The notes beneath the pieces are model-generated. The model searched no databases and was not told the origin of the DNA. It saw only the letters and a list, made by a program, of their open reading frames with translations. A DNA stretch of 42,132 nt from a virus (Duplodnaviria; Caudoviricetes), in IMG/VR virus record IMGVR_UViG_3300022936_000015, positions 1 through 42,132 of that record; one strand, 5' to 3'. The position numbers and the translations under genes are program-made. Positions 36,838 through 42,132 of this stretch are shown one piece after another. Every line of letters begins with the position of its first letter. The stretch's first letter is position 1.

Positions 36838-37647
36838 TTAGCTTAGTTCTTGCATGGCTTTATGGATTGCCTCGATGTCTGAATGTTTATAATATACTGT
36901 AGTATTGCTTTCTACAGAGCCAGTTCTAAGCATAACCCAATCTTTATCTATGATGGCTAAATGCTTATCGCAATTAAGTTTAACCTCTAATTTTTTCGGC
37001 TTCTGTTCCTCAATCCATTTAAGGGCTGATTCTTTTGTGCTGAATGCTTTGTTTTCTTCTGGAGTTAAAACAACATTGTCATCCGATTCTAAAATCCATG
37101 GATTACCGCTTTTCCAAATATTTAATTCCCATTTACCAAAACTTAAAACAGCCTGATAGTATTTGCTTCCCTCATACAAATCAACTCCATCTTTGGAAGT
37201 TAGCAAAGGCAACTTAATGTTGTGTTCTTTTGCGAAGTCTGAGAAAGGGATGACAGTATATAAATCACTTGAGTATCTTACGCTTGAAAAATTGTCGTTG
37301 AACTCTATTATTTCGCAGTCGGACTTTAAATACTTTAGCGACAATGGGCTCATGTTATCAGAAGTAAACCAGCCTTTTCTATTATAATACTTCATCAAAG
37401 CGTTAAACTCCTTTTCGTTTTCGACTTTAACTGCTATTTTTGGGTTAACTATTTCGGCCCATTTAAAATCTTTATACCTACAAAGAATTGTTTTCCCACC
37501 ATCTATTTCTTCAGATGTGGTAATACCAAACGTTCCTACTTCAAAAGAGCCTACAGATACGTTTTCTTTTCCAGTAGTTAGGTTTAAAAACTTTGTGCCT
37601 TTAGGATAATTATCGTAGGCAAATTTTAATAATTCATGTTTTTTCAT
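36838..37647 (-). CDS. Multi-domain hypothetical protein
   Basis: N-terminal domain shared with 14981..15181. Confidence 0.8.
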   Translation of the reverse strand: MKKHELLKFAYDNYPKGTKFLNLTTGKENVSVGSFEVGTFGITTSEEIDGGKTILCRYKDFKWAEIVNPKIAVKVENEKEFNALMKYYNRKGWFTSDNMSPLSLKYLKSDCEIIEFNDNFSSVRYSSDLYTVIPFSDFAKEHNIKLPLLTSKDGVDLYEGSKYYQAVLSFGKWELNIWKSGNPWILESDDNVVLTPEENKAFSTKESALKWIEEQKPKKLEVKLNCDKHLAIIDKDWVMLRTGSVESNTTVYYKHSDIEAIHKAMQELS

Positions 37648-37692
37648 TTTGCTATTTTTATTTCAAATTTAAGCATTTACTGTTTACCTGAA

Positions 37693-37710
37693 TGTAACAA
37701 TGCTGTTGTA
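37693..37710. promoter_or_regulatory. Operator TGTAAC-N6-GTTGTA
   Basis: 21 bp upstream of minus-strand TAAATTTG (37664-37671). Confidence 0.65.
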
Positions 37711-37715
37711 AAAAT

Positions 37716-37746
37716 AAAGCGCAAATCAAATCAATGACTGCGCTTT
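37716..37746 (-). terminator. Intrinsic terminator
   Basis: AAAGCGCA...TGCGCTTT stem. Confidence 0.65.
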
Positions 37747-37786
37747 AAATTCCCGCTTGAACTTTGCAGGAAACAAACAGGTATAT

Positions 37787-38473
37787 TTACCAACCTTCCA
37801 TTGGAAACTCTAAATATACTTGTACTTGCGAACGAATTTCATTTGTAATTTTATTAACTCTTTCAGTGTTTCTGCTTACTCTGCCAAACCAGCGCCATCC
37901 ATTTGAAATTGCTTGATTTCCAGTATGAAAAGTTTGCCAATCAAATTCGTATAAAGTTCTATCTTCGGCTTTAAAATGCTCTAATTTACCGTTTTTTACA
38001 AGCTCGCAAACTTCTTTATGCCATTCTCTATATATTAATTCTCCATCTTCAATCTTTGGCATTTCGCAATTACCTAAAGCAAATTCAGTAGGGCAAATAT
38101 TTGCATTTACTAATCCCAAAATATGTTCTGATTTATATCTAGGATTATCATAATCTGGCTGACCCGCAGTTATGAAATGTTGACCTGTTGGAATTTCTGG
38201 TCTTGGAACATCGTCATGATGCCAACCAGGAATAGCAGGGTACCATCCAGGCATCAACATATGTATTCTGCTATCGAAAACACAATTAGATTGTTTCCAT
38301 TCAGAAGGCAAATTATCAATAAATGACCTAGTAATTTCTCCGCCTTTTTCATACGCAAAAGCTAGCGATGAATTAAAAAACATTGGTTCCGTTTTAATTA
38401 ATTCGTCTTTTTGATCTAAGGCAAATTTGCCATGTTCAATCACTTTAGATTGAAATTGTTTTGAACTATTCAT
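37787..38473 (-). CDS. Putative 2OG-Fe(II) dioxygenase-like protein
   Basis: 'PGWHHD' (HxD), distal 'FHTG', 'WRWFGR'. Confidence 0.65.
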   Translation of the reverse strand: MNSSKQFQSKVIEHGKFALDQKDELIKTEPMFFNSSLAFAYEKGGEITRSFIDNLPSEWKQSNCVFDSRIHMLMPGWYPAIPGWHHDDVPRPEIPTGQHFITAGQPDYDNPRYKSEHILGLVNANICPTEFALGNCEMPKIEDGELIYREWHKEVCELVKNGKLEHFKAEDRTLYEFDWQTFHTGNQAISNGWRWFGRVSRNTERVNKITNEIRSQVQVYLEFPMEGW

Positions 38474-38839
38474 TTTGCAAAGTTTTTAACCAAACTTAAT
38501 TGCTTGGCACCTAGAAATGTCGCTACCCATGCGAATAGCGACTAATTCCAAACAAACAAATTATCTACCTCTAAAATAGATAATAAAGATTTTAATAAGC
38601 GATTCTATCATCTCGACAGTATCGCTCACCTTCCAAATTAACGCTCCCAAACGTATTTTAAATATTTTTAATGCGACAAATTGCTTAATGTACCTTGCGA
38701 TTGAGCGTAAACTAATAACGCTATTACAGATGCTAAAAATACTATAAGTGCAATTGCTACTTTCTGATTATAATTTAATGTTTTCATGTTTTCTTTTCGT
38801 TTGTTGAATCAAATTTAGCAAGAAATATAATAGGTTGTA

Positions 38840-38857
38840 TGTAACAAGTGAGTTACT
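38840..38857. promoter_or_regulatory. Operator TGTAAC-N6-GTTACT
   Basis: 22 bp upstream of minus-strand TAAATTTG (38810-38817). Confidence 0.75.
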
Positions 38858-38990
38858 TTGATAGTTTTTCTTTTGATTCAATTAGTTTTAATCTGATCAA
38901 TGAGGAAATACTAAGCCCTTTTTCTTTTGCTTCTTTAGTTAATATTTCGATTGCTTTTTCTTCCAAAAGAACCTGTACTCTTTTTTTCAT
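38853..38990 (-). CDS. Ribbon-helix-helix (CopG/Arc-like) regulator, 45 aa, missed by the ORF track
   Basis: MKKRVQVLLEEKAIEILTKEAKEKGLSISSLIRLKLIESKEKLSK; ATGA-coupled. Confidence 0.8.
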   Translation of the reverse strand: MKKRVQVLLEEKAIEILTKEAKEKGLSISSLIRLKLIESKEKLSK

Positions 38991-39298
38991 AATTCCCACC
39001 ATTTTTTAGGTTTAAATTTTTTATTTATTTCGTCTGAAATATATTTTTTATTTAAAATATGTATCTCATCAAGAATCTGTTTATTTCGAATCTTTAAAAT
39101 CTCAATTTGTCTTAACATTTCTTCATCAAGCTGCGCTTGATCAGAACACCACGTATAATGTCCTGGAATATTTTCGCCGAAAATATCTCTTATTGCTATT
39201 TGTATAACAACATTACCAGATATCATTGTTTTCATTTTTGATTCCAATTTTTTAAGATGCTGGTATTCTTTTAGTTCAATTGTTACTTTCGGCTCCAT
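38987..39298 (-). CDS. Hypothetical coiled-coil protein
   Basis: 'VTIELKEYQHLK...KKWWEL'. Confidence 0.75.
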   Translation of the reverse strand: MEPKVTIELKEYQHLKKLESKMKTMISGNVVIQIAIRDIFGENIPGHYTWCSDQAQLDEEMLRQIEILKIRNKQILDEIHILNKKYISDEINKKFKPKKWWEL

Positions 39299-39300
39299 AA

Positions 39301-40041
39301 CTAATATTTTAAAGATTTCTTTTCTCTGCGTGAATAATTAAATATTTCTTCCAACTGATCTATGTAAAGTTTATGATTTGTTTGGTCGGTTATTTGTTGT
39401 GGTTTACGGCTTAATTTTGCCATCATCTGGCGGTGGTCGTAGTTTTTATGGTTCATTATTGAAGTACACGCCACAACGAACGCAGGACGATCATAGCCAT
39501 CATAGAAATTGCCGTAATCAATAATGTTTTTTGCAAGTTCAGCAGCGTAGTTATAATCGAATGTTTTTAAATTTCCATTCTCGAAATAATTGCTTTTTGT
39601 TTTTTCTTGGTTGATGTTTTTATAAGTAACAATGTGAAGCGCAGCTTTAATTCCAAATATCGGGAACTCATTCATGAACTCATTGAACTTAATGTATGGC
39701 TTTAATCCTAGGTCTACGTAACCTTTTAGATAGTCTAATCTTTTCCAGTTGCTAGAGTTAGTATTTAGAATGTGAACCTCTTTAATTGAATAACCCTCAA
39801 CTATAATAAAGTTAATCGGCAAACCTAATTCTTTCGAAGCCAAAAACCTATGCTGACCATCGATGATTTCAAATTTTTCATTAACCATTATCGGGCTAAA
39901 CAAAGGATTTACTTTCATAGATTCTGTAATCCTTTTTAGATTAAATGGGTTTACATTTCGATTACCTTTCATGAAGGTAAAGATTGAGTAGTCTTTAGTC
40001 CATTGTAAAGAATACGTTTTAGCTGTTTTTTTAATATCCAT
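39301..40041 (-). CDS. ParB/Srx-like N-terminal domain protein
   Basis: 'NR', 'PIMVNEKFEIIDGQHRFLA..ELGLPI'. Confidence 0.85.
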   Translation of the reverse strand: MDIKKTAKTYSLQWTKDYSIFTFMKGNRNVNPFNLKRITESMKVNPLFSPIMVNEKFEIIDGQHRFLASKELGLPINFIIVEGYSIKEVHILNTNSSNWKRLDYLKGYVDLGLKPYIKFNEFMNEFPIFGIKAALHIVTYKNINQEKTKSNYFENGNLKTFDYNYAAELAKNIIDYGNFYDGYDRPAFVVACTSIMNHKNYDHRQMMAKLSRKPQQITDQTNHKLYIDQLEEIFNYSRREKKSLKY

Positions 40042-40097
40042 ATCTTTTTGTTTATACCCAAAAGTAGTAACAAATACTATGATATTATAATTTATAG

Positions 40098-40115
40098 AGT
40101 AACGATGTTGTTACA
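40098..40115. promoter_or_regulatory. Operator AGTAAC-N6-GTTACA
   Basis: 31 bp upstream of minus-strand TACTTTTG (40059-40066). Confidence 0.75.
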
Positions 40116-40233
40116 AAGTAAAAAGACAAGCCGATTGGGCGACGCCCCGATCCATTGCTTACCTTTTATTCGACCGAATATTACTATACCACTGTTAGTT
40201 GGATAATAGCATTAGACATCAGTCTACAATTGT
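40116..40233 (-). ncRNA. Candidate small RNA (~115 nt) with its own promoter and terminator
   Basis: TTTG (40270-40267)-N21-TATATTTG (40245-40238); terminator-like hairpin 40120-40167; only an 11-codon ORF inside. Confidence 0.5.
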
Positions 40234-40246
40234 AATTCAAATATAG

Positions 40247-40600
40247 TTATTTTTTAACCCAATCACCAAACCATCCAATACGATTATAGATAATTAACCA
40301 AACTAACCCCCAAAGGAAAGGCGACAAGTGAATAAGTAAAGCTGGCCTATCAAATATCTTATTATGCATGAAACTGCCTAGCATTAAAGCTATGATGGGC
40401 AAAAGAATAATAAGGAATACTGCATAAATAATGTAAATGTTATTTTTCAATAACCACTTGATGTATTTATCATCTTTCTGGAATATCCATCTTCTAAGAC
40501 AGTAGCTTATAGAATAAGGCATTTTGCAAAGGAACGCAAGAACGTAAAGCCAGATTCCTATCATTAGTACTATACAGATTATATTAGCTAATAATGTCAT
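40247..40600 (-). CDS. Three-TM membrane protein
   Basis: Three hydrophobic segments. Confidence 0.7.
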   Translation of the reverse strand: MTLLANIICIVLMIGIWLYVLAFLCKMPYSISYCLRRWIFQKDDKYIKWLLKNNIYIIYAVFLIILLPIIALMLGSFMHNKIFDRPALLIHLSPFLWGLVWLIIYNRIGWFGDWVKK

Positions 40601-41004
40601 TATTCAACGCCTCCTTTATCTTTTTTAGCAAGAAATGTTTGCATAGCCAAATTAAAATAAGTCGGCAATCCGATTATAAAAACTTTCTCGCCTATCTTTA
40701 CCAAATAAAATGCCATAAAGCTGACTATTCCTAAATAAACCTGGATAGGACACCAAGAGAATTTAGATTCGTATAGGAAATATGAAAAATAAGAAAGGGT
40801 AATTGATAAAATAGAATGTACAATAGCTTTCTTTTTAGTTAAACTTCCGTTGCTGTAATCCATAATTAAACGGATTCCCAAACCAAAAACAACTGAGATC
40901 GCAACACCTAAGTTATATAAAACACCATGCCCCATTGAAAGCGCATCGAATAAAATGTTTAGTATTATGTAGTTTATCACAATCTTTACCCAGCTAAATG
41001 TCAT
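40600..41004 (-). CDS. Holin-like membrane protein
   Basis: 3-4 TM segments and basic C-terminus; start moved to ATG 41004. Confidence 0.6.
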   Translation of the reverse strand: MTFSWVKIVINYIILNILFDALSMGHGVLYNLGVAISVVFGLGIRLIMDYSNGSLTKKKAIVHSILSITLSYFSYFLYESKFSWCPIQVYLGIVSFMAFYLVKIGEKVFIIGLPTYFNLAMQTFLAKKDKGGVE

Positions 41005-41005
41005 T

Positions 41006-41398
41006 TTAGTAATCTCCGTTATTATCAGATTTAAACAAAGCATAGAATACATATCCGAGGGTAAAACTGTTGAGCGCAATTAGATACACAACGGGATAAG
41101 GCATTAATGCAATTGGCGTTAAAGTACGCATTATTATTGTGCCTATAAAATTTACTACACCAATCTTAAACAATAATCGTTCCTTTCTATTTTTGGTGAT
41201 GGTATAAGCGAAATAAATTAGATATATGGAATACAAACCCATAAGAGTAGATATAAAAGCCTCTCTTGGAAATCTTGATATAAACCACCCCATTATGCCG
41301 CTTAAAACAAACCAGCAATAGACAAAGCAAAAAGCCCCGATAAACGAGGCGATTTGAAAACTTCTGTTATACACTTGGAATCCAATTACATTTTTCAT
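41006..41398 (-). CDS. Four-TM membrane protein
   Basis: Four hydrophobic segments; likely start ATG 41398. Confidence 0.7.
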   Translation of the reverse strand: MKNVIGFQVYNRSFQIASFIGAFCFVYCWFVLSGIMGWFISRFPREAFISTLMGLYSIYLIYFAYTITKNRKERLLFKIGVVNFIGTIIMRTLTPIALMPYPVVYLIALNSFTLGYVFYALFKSDNNGDY

Positions 41399-41513
41399 CG
41401 TAATCGCCAGCCTCGCCATGATGCGGGTCGTCTGGATTTGATTTATCACAAGGTGTAGTTGGTGGTACTTGCTCTTGTAATTTTTCTTCTTGTTTTTCTT
41501 TTGGATCTATCAT
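41367..41513 (-). CDS. 48-aa acidic, Pro-rich peptide with a Cys pair
   Basis: MIDPKEKQEEKLQEQVPPTTPCDKSNPDDPHHGEAGDYDEKCNWIPSV; starts 2 nt after the upstream stop. Confidence 0.65.
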   Translation of the reverse strand: MIDPKEKQEEKLQEQVPPTTPCDKSNPDDPHHGEAGDYDEKCNWIPSV

Positions 41514-41515
41514 AA

Positions 41516-42015
41516 TTATTGAACGGCTCCTATTCCGTTATGTTTACTTGTTAAATTATCGTTTACTGCATCAGCTTTATTTGGAAAGTATTTGTTGTTA
41601 CTTTCTGTCAATTTAGTATTACCCATGTTGTTAATCATGTTTGTAACGCTTGATTGGTACTTGACGGTGTTTAGATTAAAGCCTAAATTATTGTAGTAAT
41701 CAACTGTACCGCTAAGATCGTATAAATCTAAAACCTGACCTTCCCAATCTTTATTGGTATTCATTTGGCCTACGGTATTGTTATAAACTTTAGCGTTTGC
41801 AAACGTGGTTTTATCGCCCCAAATATTTCTGTCAAATTGTTGCAACTCAAAGCCCCCGTATTTACGGGTGTTAAAACAAATGTTATTGTAAATCTCGTTT
41901 GTAAGTGGTGTTTTACCCCTTGAAAAAAGCCACATTCTAATACTGTTGCCTTGATAGTTGGTTAATTTATTATCGTGAAATTTACCGTTACCCTGCATGA
42001 AGAAAACGCCATTAT
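41516..42015 (-). CDS. 3' part of the same origin-spanning beta-helix protein
   Basis: ORF 41516..41998 is in frame with 850..1 across the join; IYNN/VYNNT repeats; C-terminal GIGAVQ. Confidence 0.85.
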
Positions 42016-42132
42016 GAATATTGCTTAAAGCATTAAAATTATCTACAACGTTATGGTGTATATCGTAGTTCCAAGCGTTACCAATTGAAACAGCATTGCC
42101 AGGGCTTGAATTTTTAAATGTATTGTACTCGA
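42016..42132. repeat. Terminal overlap, right copy
   Basis: Direct repeat of 1-117. Confidence 0.97.

Noticed and set aside
1669-37387. Plus-strand ORFs antisense to real genes (e.g. 1669, 2418, 4492, 8613, 9492, 9825, 16920, 18503, 21501, 27372, 31019, 36905, 37163) and minus-strand 14535, 18273, 34033
   Set aside because: Shadow frames lying over well-supported genes, with no motifs of their own.
39301-40041. ParB-like gene as evidence of a plasmid prophage
   Set aside because: No ParA or parS-like array seen; lone ParB-N domain proteins are common in phages.
42016-42132. 117-bp terminal repeat as a biological direct terminal repeat
   Set aside because: It falls in the middle of a gene and looks like assembler overlap; a PBSX/SPP1-type terminase suggests headful packaging of a permuted genome. 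The single mismatch is 4 nt from the contig end.
1-42132. CRISPR array, tRNA genes, stop-codon reassignment
   Set aside because: No spaced repeats or cloverleafs seen; TAA, TAG and TGA all end tightly coupled genes and core genes are intact in the standard code.

Overview
The window is an apparently complete, circular ~42,015-bp genome of a tailed siphovirus-type phage: bases 42016-42132 repeat bases 1-117 with one mismatch, and an ORF reads through the join. It is AT-rich. Bacteroidota-type TAnnTTTG promoters and a Gln+1 signal peptide point to a Bacteroidota host (inference). Most genes are on the minus strand: recombination (Sak-like annealing protein, exonuclease), replication (initiator, primase-helicase), HNH and RusA-like nucleases, terminase, portal, MuF, protease, HK97-fold capsid, neck, tail (with a -1 frameshift chaperone), several fibres/spikes, and an endolysin-holin cassette. 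Two plus-strand islands of small genes lie at 12.4-15.2 kb and 33.8-35.7 kb. I saw no integrase, tRNA, CRISPR array or reverse transcriptase. Most notable: (1) a palindromic operator, TGTAAC-N6-GTTACA, at 10 intergenic sites, in activator-like positions at non-structural promoters and repressor-like positions at virion-gene promoters; (2) a kissing-loop RNA candidate and a stand-alone small RNA candidate; (3) a late cassette of a secreted beta-helix protein, a Cys-pair peptide and membrane proteins; (4) a lysis cassette with no visible spanin but an amphipathic peptide; (5) a second tail-tube paralogue. Protein family calls come from motifs read by eye, not database searches.
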